A stretch of DNA of 64,000 nt from an uncultured Chloroflexia bacterium (GTDB lineage Bacteria > Chloroflexota > Anaerolineae > Promineifilales > Promineifilaceae): positions 138,473-202,472 of the forward strand of contig CAVTPP010000005.1 of the NCBI GenBank assembly GCA_963736615.1. The letters run 5' to 3'. Made by a program: the position numbers and the translations under genes. Below are positions 52,888-61,015 of the stretch, piece after piece. Within the stretch, counting starts at the first letter, position 1. Each line of letters begins with the position of its first letter. Under the pieces are notes generated by a model that worked only from the letters and a program-made list of their open reading frames with translations, did not search any database and was not told the DNA's origin.

Positions 52888-53979
52888 ATGAAAACAGATG
52901 TACATAATTTCAATGCTGGGCCATCGGTCCTTCCTAAACAAGTATTGCTTCAAGCTCAAGCAGAGTTGTTAGATTATCATGGTTTAGGAATGTCCATTAT
53001 GGAAATGAGCCACCGCTCAGCGCCATTCGGCGATTTAATGGAAAAAGTTGAGGCGGATTTGCGACGGCTTATGGGCATCCCGCAGAATTATAAGACCCTC
53101 TTCTTGCAGGGCGGCGCGAGCCTGCAATTCAGCATGGTGCCCATGAATCTGCTGCCGGGCGATGGCTCAGCGGACTATATTGTTAATGGTGTTTGGGGAC
53201 AAAAGGCAGTTAAAGAAGCCAAAAAAGTTGGGGGCGTTCGAGTTGTTGCTTCTACCGAAGATGATAATTTTAACCGTCTACCCGATCTTAAAGACGCCAG
53301 TTTTGATAAGAACGCAAATTACGTTCACTTTACTTCAAATGAAACCATACAAGGTGTTCAGTGGCCAACTGAGCCGGACACGCTTACAGGCATCCCTGTG
53401 GTTTGTGATATGTCATCTGACATCCTCAGCCGGCCGCTAGATATGTCGAAATATGGCCTGATCTATGCAGGTGCGCAGAAAAATATGGGTCCATCCGGTG
53501 TCACCTTGGTGATTATTCGCGAAGATTTGTTGGAAAAAGTACCTAACAATTTAGCAACGATGTTAGATTATCGGCTTCAAGCAGAGAAAAACTCGCTTTT
53601 CAATACACCACCAAGCTTCTCTATCTATTTGTTGGGTCTGGTTCTGGGTTGGCTGATTGAGTTAGGTGGACTGCAAAGTATTGCAAAGTTGAATAATGAA
53701 AAAGCACATTTGTTATATAAGGCCATTGATGACAGTGGTGGTTTTTATCGCGGCCATGCACAACCAGACTGCAGATCATTGATGAATGTTACCTTCCGCA
53801 TGAAATCTTCTGAATTGGAAAATGCTTTTGCAAAAGAGGCCCTGGAACAGGGTATGGTGGGTCTAAAGGGACACCGTTCCGTTGGCGGTTTGCGAGCGTC
53901 CATATACAATGCTTGCCCCAGGGATTCAGTTGCAGCTTTGGTAGAATTTATGAACGAATTTCAAAGGAAGAACGGGTAG
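52888..53979 (+). CDS. serC: phosphoserine aminotransferase
   Basis: HNFNAGPSVLP and GAQKNMGPSGVT (PLP Lys). ATG at 52888 follows an AAGGA RBS; the ORF is open from TTG 52849. Confidence 0.9.
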   Translation: MKTDVHNFNAGPSVLPKQVLLQAQAELLDYHGLGMSIMEMSHRSAPFGDLMEKVEADLRRLMGIPQNYKTLFLQGGASLQFSMVPMNLLPGDGSADYIVNGVWGQKAVKEAKKVGGVRVVASTEDDNFNRLPDLKDASFDKNANYVHFTSNETIQGVQWPTEPDTLTGIPVVCDMSSDILSRPLDMSKYGLIYAGAQKNMGPSGVTLVIIREDLLEKVPNNLATMLDYRLQAEKNSLFNTPPSFSIYLLGLVLGWLIELGGLQSIAKLNNEKAHLLYKAIDDSGGFYRGHAQPDCRSLMNVTFRMKSSELENAFAKEALEQGMVGLKGHRSVGGLRASIYNACPRDSVAALVEFMNEFQRKNG

Positions 53980-53990
53980 TTGAGGTAAAA

Positions 53991-54947
53991 ATGTACAAAA
54001 TACTCATTTCTGATAAGTTGGGCCAAGCCGGTCTGGATCGCCTGGATGATATGGATGATATTACTTACGATATGATCCCGGGCATGAGCAAAGAGGAACT
54101 GATTGCTGCCATCCCCGAGTACGATGCCCTGATAATTCGCAGCAGCACAAGACCCGATGCTGATGTAATTGCTGCGGGAGTGAACTTGAAGGTTATAGGT
54201 AGAGCTGGTATCGGCATTGATAATGTGGATATAGATGCCGCCTCGCAGCATGGTGTTATGGTAATGAATACACCGCGTGCTAACAGCGTGGCAACGGCCG
54301 AACAGACCATGGCTTTAATGCTTGCTGTTAGCCGAAATACGGTTCCCGCCCACAACTCTCTAGCTGCCGGGAATTGGGATCGAGCGAGCTTTGTAGGCAC
54401 AGAACTGGATGGCAAAACGCTTGGTGTTATTGGATTTGGTTACATCGGCCGTTTGGTTGCTCGTCGGGCACAGGCTTTTGGCATGGACATAATAGCCTAC
54501 GATCCTTACGTGCCTGAAGAAGCAGCCGCAGAGATGGGTGCACGGTTATTACCTTTGCCGGATTTGCTGGCGCAAGCGGACTTTATAACCCTACACAGTG
54601 TGGTCACGCCTGAAACAACCAACTTGATCAATAGAAGCAGTATTGCCCAGATGAAAGATGGGGTTGTTATCATCAATGTTGCCCGCGGCAAGCTGATTGA
54701 TGAACAAGCACTGGCTGATGGCTTAAAGAGCGGCAAGATTGCGGCAGCGGCGTTGGATGTTTACCAACAGGAGCCACCACAAGGAAGTCCGCTTATTGGA
54801 TTACCTAATGTATTACATACCCCCCATCTTGGCGCTAGTTCCAAAGAAGCCCAACGGCGCGTTTCTGAAGAGATGGTTGAGCAGGTCGCGGACGCCTTGC
54901 GCGGCACTGATTTACGAAATGTTATCAATTCGTTGACGATGAATTAG
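53991..54947 (+). CDS. serA: D-3-phosphoglycerate dehydrogenase-like 2-hydroxyacid dehydrogenase, short form without an ACT domain
   Basis: GRAGIGIDNVD, GVIGFGYIGR, INVARG and TPHLGAS motifs. 318 aa. ATG at 53991 follows a GAGGT RBS. Confidence 0.8.
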   Translation: MYKILISDKLGQAGLDRLDDMDDITYDMIPGMSKEELIAAIPEYDALIIRSSTRPDADVIAAGVNLKVIGRAGIGIDNVDIDAASQHGVMVMNTPRANSVATAEQTMALMLAVSRNTVPAHNSLAAGNWDRASFVGTELDGKTLGVIGFGYIGRLVARRAQAFGMDIIAYDPYVPEEAAAEMGARLLPLPDLLAQADFITLHSVVTPETTNLINRSSIAQMKDGVVIINVARGKLIDEQALADGLKSGKIAAAALDVYQQEPPQGSPLIGLPNVLHTPHLGASSKEAQRRVSEEMVEQVADALRGTDLRNVINSLTMN

Positions 54948-54952
54948 CTATC

Positions 54953-56905
54953 TCAAGCACCGGTCCTAAGCGCTACTATCGGTTCAAGACGGGCAGCGCG
55001 CAGCGCCGGATATGTGCCGGATACCAGTCCAATTAAGCCACCCACGAGTGGGGCGAGGAAGGGCACAGTTGGGTCAAGGATAGGCGTCCAAAGCTGGTAT
55101 GCTGAGATACCTACCACGATGAGTACGCCTAAACTGGCACCGATGATGCCTCCGACAACCCCTAAAAAGGTGCTTTCCAGGAGGAATTGACCAGCAATAT
55201 GCCGGCGATTAGCGCCAATGGCTCGGCGCAGGCCAATCTCACCAGTACGCTCGATTACAGATACAAGCATAATATTGGCAATACCCAACGCTCCAACAAA
55301 TAGGGATAGACCACCAAGTAAAAGAAAGAGGACATTCAAATCACTCTGTACGGCATCACGTACACGTTGGGGCTCCGGCGCCAATTCTATTTTTAGTGAC
55401 GAAGGATCGTCCGGCCGCAGCGCCAATGGTGTTTGTTGGGCAATGAGCGATGTTGCGCCGATGCGCGTTTCTAAAATCACCTTCTCTGGACCCACCAGAT
55501 TAAAATCACGCTGCGCGGTACCTTCAGGGATGATGACCGAGCCCAGTAGGTTGGGCTGGCGGGCGACATCGCGTAAGATACCTATAACCAAGTAGAGGTG
55601 ATCGCCGATTGCGATGGCTGGAAGCGGTTTAAGGTCTGTTATTCCGAGCCGGAGTGCCGCAGTTGGACCGAGAACGGCAACTCGGTCAGCCCGATCGGAA
55701 TGCCCCAAATCTGAGAAACGGCCGTTTTCCAGTTCAGCCCGAACTGCCGCAAACAGGCCGGGCGATACAGCCTGCACAGCCAAGTTGAAAGCCGTTTGGC
55801 TCCGAGGATCTTTTATAGGTGATGAACTGACCAGCGCATCGCCAACATCGACCTCGCTAACAGTACCGGCAGCTACAACACCATTCAAACGACGAAGGCG
55901 TTCCGGTGCATCCCAAGGGATGGCTTTGGACTCGACTCCGCTAACAGTAGTTTTCCCCGTTACAAAAATTTCGGTTGCGGCCAGCTCATCAAATTGACTA
56001 ATGATACGGTTGCTGGCTGTGCGCGATAGACCGAGTGTGGCCACAATGGCGGTAAGGCCAATTACAATGCCCACCATGGTTAGTACCATCCGCGTCGGCC
56101 TGGCAAATATCCCAGCCAGCGCTTCGTCAAAGAGGTCGCGTAGTGTGATGCCCGATCCGGGAATTTCTCTACGAGCCTTGACAGTCTTTGGGGTCTTATT
56201 CTGGATAGACTCCTGCTGTGTCTGATCTGTTATCGAACCGTCAACTATCTGAATGCGCCGGCTTGCACGGCTGGCCACATTTTCATCATGAGTAACAACG
56301 ATCAGGCTTAGACCTTCCCGGTTTAGCGCTTCCAGGAGATTTAGAATATCAGCCGATGTTTTCGAATCCAGGTTTCCGGTTGGTTCGTCGCATAATACAA
56401 GGCTGGGAGATCCGATGAGAGCGCGGGCAATGGCTACACGCTGGCGTTCACCTCCCGACAGCTCTGTTGGCATAAAATTGGCGCGATGACTTAGCCCGAC
56501 TCGTTCAATAGCAGCTAATGCCCGTTGGCAACGGCCGTGGTGGGATTGTTTCCGATATACCTCCGCCAGCATCACGTTCTCCAAAACAGATCGATGAGGA
56601 AGTAGATAAAATGATTGGAAGATGAAGCCAATACGACGACTACGCAAACCCGCGCGTTCATTATCACTCAGAGCGATAGTGTCGACGCCTTCAAAAAAAT
56701 ATTCGCCGCTAGATGGACGATCCAGGCAGCCAATGATGTTTAGCAATGTCGACTTACCTGCACCAGATGGACCGGTTATGGCCAGCCAATCACCTTGCTC
56801 AAGCTGCAGATCAACATTTACGAGAGCCTGGACGGCGAGACCGCTGCTAAATTCCCGACTGATCTTTTTAAACTCGATGATTTTGGTAGAGGGTTCCTGT
56901 TGCAT
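54953..56905 (-). CDS. MacB-type ABC transporter (fused ATPase plus FtsX-like permease)
   Basis: Walker A GPSGAGKST, signature LSGGERQRVAIARAL, Walker B LVLCDEPTGNLD, and a C-terminal 4-TM permease with a large extracytoplasmic loop. Confidence 0.9.
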   Translation of the reverse strand: MQQEPSTKIIEFKKISREFSSGLAVQALVNVDLQLEQGDWLAITGPSGAGKSTLLNIIGCLDRPSSGEYFFEGVDTIALSDNERAGLRSRRIGFIFQSFYLLPHRSVLENVMLAEVYRKQSHHGRCQRALAAIERVGLSHRANFMPTELSGGERQRVAIARALIGSPSLVLCDEPTGNLDSKTSADILNLLEALNREGLSLIVVTHDENVASRASRRIQIVDGSITDQTQQESIQNKTPKTVKARREIPGSGITLRDLFDEALAGIFARPTRMVLTMVGIVIGLTAIVATLGLSRTASNRIISQFDELAATEIFVTGKTTVSGVESKAIPWDAPERLRRLNGVVAAGTVSEVDVGDALVSSSPIKDPRSQTAFNLAVQAVSPGLFAAVRAELENGRFSDLGHSDRADRVAVLGPTAALRLGITDLKPLPAIAIGDHLYLVIGILRDVARQPNLLGSVIIPEGTAQRDFNLVGPEKVILETRIGATSLIAQQTPLALRPDDPSSLKIELAPEPQRVRDAVQSDLNVLFLLLGGLSLFVGALGIANIMLVSVIERTGEIGLRRAIGANRRHIAGQFLLESTFLGVVGGIIGASLGVLIVVGISAYQLWTPILDPTVPFLAPLVGGLIGLVSGTYPALRAARLEPIVALRTGA

Positions 56906-56978
56906 CTGAGATTTTACAACCTGGTTAGCTTACTAGATAGGCGATGATTCCCCAGTAAACCAGATGTTTATAAGTCAA

Positions 56979-58448
56979 TTAATGGTTTTCGAAACCGATG
57001 ACCACAAGTTGGCCTGGTACAAGCGTTCCATCAATAGGAGTCACTTCAACAAAGCCATCGGCCGAAAGACCGGGCTCGACCGTAACGAACTCCAGCGCAC
57101 CATTGTTGTCTACCTGGACCCTGGAACTCCCGTCTGCGGCTAGAGATAATGCACTGATCGGAACGGCTATCACGGGGCCGCCGGTAGATTCCACAACAAT
57201 CTTGAGTCGCAGCGAGAAGCCCTCTAATGATGTGGACGACTCCTTCACAAGCGTCTCGAAGTAAATGTGAAAGCCATCAGCCCCATCTGTTCCGGGTGCC
57301 TCAGCCACGTATTCCACGACACCTGAGGCTTCAATGCCGAGGTCCGGCTCATCTATGACAACGGCCATACCGGGCCGAACGAGCGGTGCTTCATCTAAAG
57401 GGAGCGATGAGTCGATACTGAGTTGATTATTTGTAAATGTAAACAGGGGACCACTGGCCACATCACCTATAGCTGCCTCCAGTTCCTCAACGCGAACCGG
57501 CAAATATGGGTTGAAGATGATCTCATCGATGGGTATCTTCACATTTGCAGCGTGGCGAGCCTGGTCCAAATCATCACCGATCTTATCGACTAAATCGGCT
57601 GCTATTTTTGCTTCTCGTTCAGCAACTTTTTGAGCGTCAATGGCTGCCTGTATGGTCACTTCTCCAGCCAATTGCGAAGCCAGAACCGCAGCTTGAGCCA
57701 TTTCAAGTTCGGTTTCGCTGATCGCTGCAGCGAGTTCTATGGCCGCAGCCTTGTCGACGGCTTCAGCGTTGGCGCGAGCGGCCTTCAGAGCCAGTGGTGC
57801 GCTGGCTACAGCATCGTCTGCCGCTGATTTACTATTAAGTGCATTGGCCAACGCCTGTTCAAGGGTACGGATTTCGGTCTGCTCATCAGCTGTTGACCCA
57901 AAAGGTTGGATCTCTGTGGATTCGTACCAAGCGGATACGGCTGCGCTGGTTTGTTCATCATATAGGCCATCAACTGGTCCTGGATCAAACCCTAGTCGCA
58001 CAAGTCCATTTTCTAACTGACGAACATCCGCTCCAGAAATGCCAGGCACGAGGTCTCGATAGGCCGGAATTTCCCCTTGAAGAATGAAAACCGGGCGGCC
58101 GGAGGAGGTGAGCAGCACATCTCCTTCTTGAAGTTGGGTGTCCGGATCCGGCAAGGTCGTAATTACCCCGGCGCTGGATTTTAGAGAGGAAGGTGCCAAG
58201 GAAATTGTTTGGGGAGAACCAAACCGGGCCGTGCCTCGGGTCACTACGTCAGTCGTTAAAACGCGTTCTTCAACCGGGACGAGAATTGGCGATGGTGTTG
58301 GCGGCGCCGTTCGCGCTGCCGCCTCGGCTGGTGATTGTATTTTCGATCCGGCAATCCAACTGGCTGTGGCGAGAATCACTACAGAAAGTAAGATAAGGAA
58401 GAGCGTTAGTGCGCGTTTTCTGTTCATATTCCGATTAACAGCGAGCAA
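56979..58448 (-). CDS. HlyD/MacA-like periplasmic adaptor carrying a peptidoglycan-binding (PG_binding_1-like) insert
   Basis: N-terminal TM, VRQLENGLVRLGFDPGPVDGLYDEQTSAAVSAWY, an Ala-rich coiled coil and a C-terminal beta-barrel-like region. 489 aa. Confidence 0.75.
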   Translation of the reverse strand: MLAVNRNMNRKRALTLFLILLSVVILATASWIAGSKIQSPAEAAARTAPPTPSPILVPVEERVLTTDVVTRGTARFGSPQTISLAPSSLKSSAGVITTLPDPDTQLQEGDVLLTSSGRPVFILQGEIPAYRDLVPGISGADVRQLENGLVRLGFDPGPVDGLYDEQTSAAVSAWYESTEIQPFGSTADEQTEIRTLEQALANALNSKSAADDAVASAPLALKAARANAEAVDKAAAIELAAAISETELEMAQAAVLASQLAGEVTIQAAIDAQKVAEREAKIAADLVDKIGDDLDQARHAANVKIPIDEIIFNPYLPVRVEELEAAIGDVASGPLFTFTNNQLSIDSSLPLDEAPLVRPGMAVVIDEPDLGIEASGVVEYVAEAPGTDGADGFHIYFETLVKESSTSLEGFSLRLKIVVESTGGPVIAVPISALSLAADGSSRVQVDNNGALEFVTVEPGLSADGFVEVTPIDGTLVPGQLVVIGFENH

Positions 58449-58462
58449 TTATTGGCTGCCAA

Positions 58463-59410
58463 CTAACGAGAAAACAGCTCTCGTTCTACTTGATCCTCTA
58501 CAGGATCAAGGATCCTTAATTCACAATCTAAGGCTACAACAGCGAGCGATCGCTCATAACTTTGAAGTTCTGTAAGGGCCGCCTTGGCTTCAGCTGATAG
58601 CGTATCGAGTGGAAGACCGCCAGTGATGGTATCAAGCCGATTCCTTAAGTCAGGCTCGATTTCTTTTTCATGATTGTAATCGAAACCGGCCCCTCGAATG
58701 CAATCGCCGAATTCGGCAATGGCGGCAATCATACGTGGATCTTGCTCGATTAAGGCATCCTTCGGATTTAGGTATGAGACATTGAGTTGTTCAGGCGTAA
58801 AAATCTGCTCAATGGCCGCTCGGGTACAACCACCGGTTCGCATAAGGTCTTCGATTTCAATTGCAACTGCGAAAGTTGTATTGGTATTTTCGCCGAGGAG
58901 TGTGTGATTGTAGGCTACCTGATCTGCTGGAGAAAGGTTTTTGAAGATTTGTACGTTTTGCTTACCCAAACCAATTTGGGCGGGGGTGGTTGTGTCGGCA
59001 AGCTGTGGGGGTAAGCCTGTATATAAGGTAGAAATACCGTAGCCATGCCGCTCAAAGTATTGTTTTTCACTAAGCCCGGGTAAGGATTTGTCAGAAGTCA
59101 TCCCTCTTCGTACGGTGTTGTAATCTGCTGCGATGTATTCAAATCCGGCTTCGTTCATACAGGTTGCGATGTGTCCCTCAACAGCCTCGATACTGGTGAC
59201 GAGCCCTTCTTTGGTTAAACCAAACTCTTCTGTGCCAGGAGCATCAACATTCGCTGACGATGACGCGATGGACTGCTGGTTTGTTGCGCTGCTGCAAGCT
59301 ATCAGAAGCAATGTGGTGAATAATAATAAAGGCAAAAACTTGGTAAGCCGGTTATTAAGTTTACTGTTTGCAAATTTAATCGGCCGTAAAATAGGGCGAT
59401 CTGGTTTCAT
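58463..59410 (-). CDS. lipoprotein of unknown function
   Basis: Lipobox LLLIAC|SS. ATG at 59410 follows a GAGGAGG RBS; the listed ORF starts 18 nt further upstream. Co-oriented with and 14 nt upstream of the adaptor gene. Confidence 0.6.
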   Translation of the reverse strand: MKPDRPILRPIKFANSKLNNRLTKFLPLLLFTTLLLIACSSATNQQSIASSSANVDAPGTEEFGLTKEGLVTSIEAVEGHIATCMNEAGFEYIAADYNTVRRGMTSDKSLPGLSEKQYFERHGYGISTLYTGLPPQLADTTTPAQIGLGKQNVQIFKNLSPADQVAYNHTLLGENTNTTFAVAIEIEDLMRTGGCTRAAIEQIFTPEQLNVSYLNPKDALIEQDPRMIAAIAEFGDCIRGAGFDYNHEKEIEPDLRNRLDTITGGLPLDTLSAEAKAALTELQSYERSLAVVALDCELRILDPVEDQVERELFSR

Positions 59411-59756
59411 ATTCGACCTCCTCAACATTTATCCTGCTGACAAAGCGCAAGAGCGTAGAGAAACAATAATGAGAATTAACAGGCTTCATTACTTAGCGCC
59501 TTATTTTTATCCATTCCTAGAATAGCCCAAGAGCACAGATCGCCAAAAATAATTAACCTTAAGCAATAATATATCCTAGATCATTAAGAAATCGATGAAA
59601 GTATATTGGTCAGGATGAAGAGATTGCAGTGTAGGTGTTGGCAAACAAATATGCCGATTTCTTAGGAGGTAGGAGTGGCTCGTATACATTCTTGTAGCCA
59701 ATAATTTCAGCAACTTTTTCCTCCAATAGAATCTCCGCCGTGTATGATCGAACTGT

Positions 59757-59784
59757 CCCCGGAAAGTTTTCGGGGTTGATTTTT
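59757..59784 (+). terminator. orphan terminator-like hairpin with T-run
   Basis: CCCCGGA-AAGTT-TTCGGGG stem-loop followed by TTGATTTTT. No convincing ORF upstream. Confidence 0.4.
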
Positions 59785-60268
59785 GATCTTAAATGTTTTA
59801 GACTAATGTATAATTGTTCGGGTCAATCATTTTGGGTAGGAGCGTAGCTTATTGGGCGGGTTAATTTTTAAAGAGAAGTGATTGCCCACATATTATTAAA
59901 AACCGTTGTTTTAATGGTTATGGCGATAGAATTATCTATTGTCATTTTGTTTGAAGTTCGCGTATCAGGTCTTTCTGCACATACTTCTGACCAGGGTCAT
60001 AGATTGATCCTGAAGAATATGCCATGGTGCAGGTGTATTGGTTTCGGTGATGTCGTGATATCGTTTGATTGCGAGAAGATCCCGGCCCCGAACCCGGCTA
60101 AATGCTGAAAATACCAACTCATAATACATCACAGCCCCCATCCAGAAATTTATGAGATTATAGCAAGCGGTTATCGCTATGTAACTGATCCGACTGCTAG
60201 TGCTAGATGACAGGCGTATCGCTATGTGTCGAAGGCGGCGGAGCATGTCAGGATCAGCAAACAGAAAC

Positions 60269-60463
60269 GAGGCAAGAGTGAGTTAAAGTAAATACGGATA
60301 GAACACAAAGGCTTCATTGCAGTGGGATCAGCACTAGCTTAAAGCTTACCTAAGGCACTGACTCCGGCAGTATATAGGTAAAAAAACTAAATCCTCTATC
60401 TTTTGCTGGCCAACCTTAGAACAACAGTGGTTGTTAGCTTTTACTTTAACTCACTCTTTCCTC
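60269..60463. repeat. long inverted repeat (19 bp perfect, 23 bp with one mismatch) enclosing 147 nt
   Basis: AAGAGTGAGTTAAAGTAAA at 60274-60292 pairs with TTTACTTTAACTCACTCTT at 60440-60458. After one C/T mismatch the helix extends by GAGG/CCTC (60269-60272 / 60460-60463). Confidence 0.9.
60322..60407 (+). ncRNA. conserved non-coding block, copy A (candidate structured RNA)
   Basis: GTGGGATCAGCAC-25 nt-GACTCCGGCA...TAGG..AAAACTA...ATCTTTTGCT. Homologous to 60782-60885. Lies inside the long inverted repeat. Confidence 0.3.
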
Positions 60464-60506
60464 TTTTCTAAGTACAAATAAATGGTGCCTATATATATAA
60501 ATACAG

Positions 60507-60535
60507 CCTAGCACGGAATGCCGTTAGGTTTTGTT
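60507..60535 (+). terminator. weak terminator-like hairpin
   Basis: CCTAGCACGG-AATG-CCGTTAGG (bulged stem) followed by TTTTGTT. Confidence 0.3.
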
Positions 60536-60781
60536 AAACTACTGAAGTAAAGGATGGGGTGCTAACGTCAAATATGTACATCAGACTAAAAACCTTTAGT
60601 GTTGGAAATAATAAAAGAGGGATGAGTTAGCTTCGTAGCCGACCGGATAGTTTGCAGGTAGTAGGGCGAAGATTGAACAGAATCTCGAAGGTTTGCCTGT
60701 TAATGGTTAATTCGCCGCACAATTTGGATGATTAATAAAGGGGAAATGTGTAATAAGCGTTTTCTTGGACACCCTGGACGG

Positions 60782-60885
60782 GTGGGATCAGCACAAGTCC
60801 AGGGCTAACCCACAATGCCGACTCCGGCAACTTTGTAGGCATAAAACTATGGTATACCATGGATTCTAAGCCGTCAATCTTTGCT
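60782..60885 (+). ncRNA. conserved non-coding block, copy B (candidate cis-regulatory leader of the downstream giant gene)
   Basis: Same conserved strings and the same 38-nt and 23-nt internal spacings as copy A. Runs directly into the terminator at 60870-60911. Confidence 0.35.
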
Positions 60886-60911
60886 AATTTCGATTGATGG
60901 CTTTTCCTTTT
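60870..60911 (+). terminator. intrinsic terminator / attenuator 105 nt upstream of the ATG at 61016
   Basis: 10-bp stem GCCGTCAATC / GATTGATGGC (one G-U pair), 12-nt loop, then TTTTCCTTTT. Confidence 0.6.
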
Positions 60912-61015
60912 ATCCTCAACTACAAGAATTTTTGTAGCTCCTGACTATGCACAACCCACGGTGGCAAGGTTTATGAATTCAGCATCAGATAATTTGAAGG
61001 CATTGGAGGTGACAA

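Noticed and set aside
59878-60246. ORFs 59878-60108 (+, 76 aa) and 59965-60246 (-, 93 aa) as real genes
   Set aside because: They have no RBS, overlap each other on opposite strands and show no complete domain. At most the minus ORF holds a fragment reminiscent of an AraC HTH.
60322-60380. Resemblance of GCACTGACTCCGGCAGTATATAGGTA to part of the c-di-GMP-I (GEMM) aptamer (..GCACUCCGGUAGGUAGC..)
   Set aside because: Only a short partial string matches. The GEMM hallmarks (GGCAAA..., ACGCAAAGC, the two-hairpin layout with tetraloop/receptor) are absent. I treat the resemblance as coincidental until a covariance-model search says otherwise.
60269-60463. The inverted repeat as the ends of an insertion sequence
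   Set aside because: The enclosed 147 nt cannot encode a transposase, and I see no direct target duplication. A MITE remains possible and is listed as a finding rather than a mobile-element feature.
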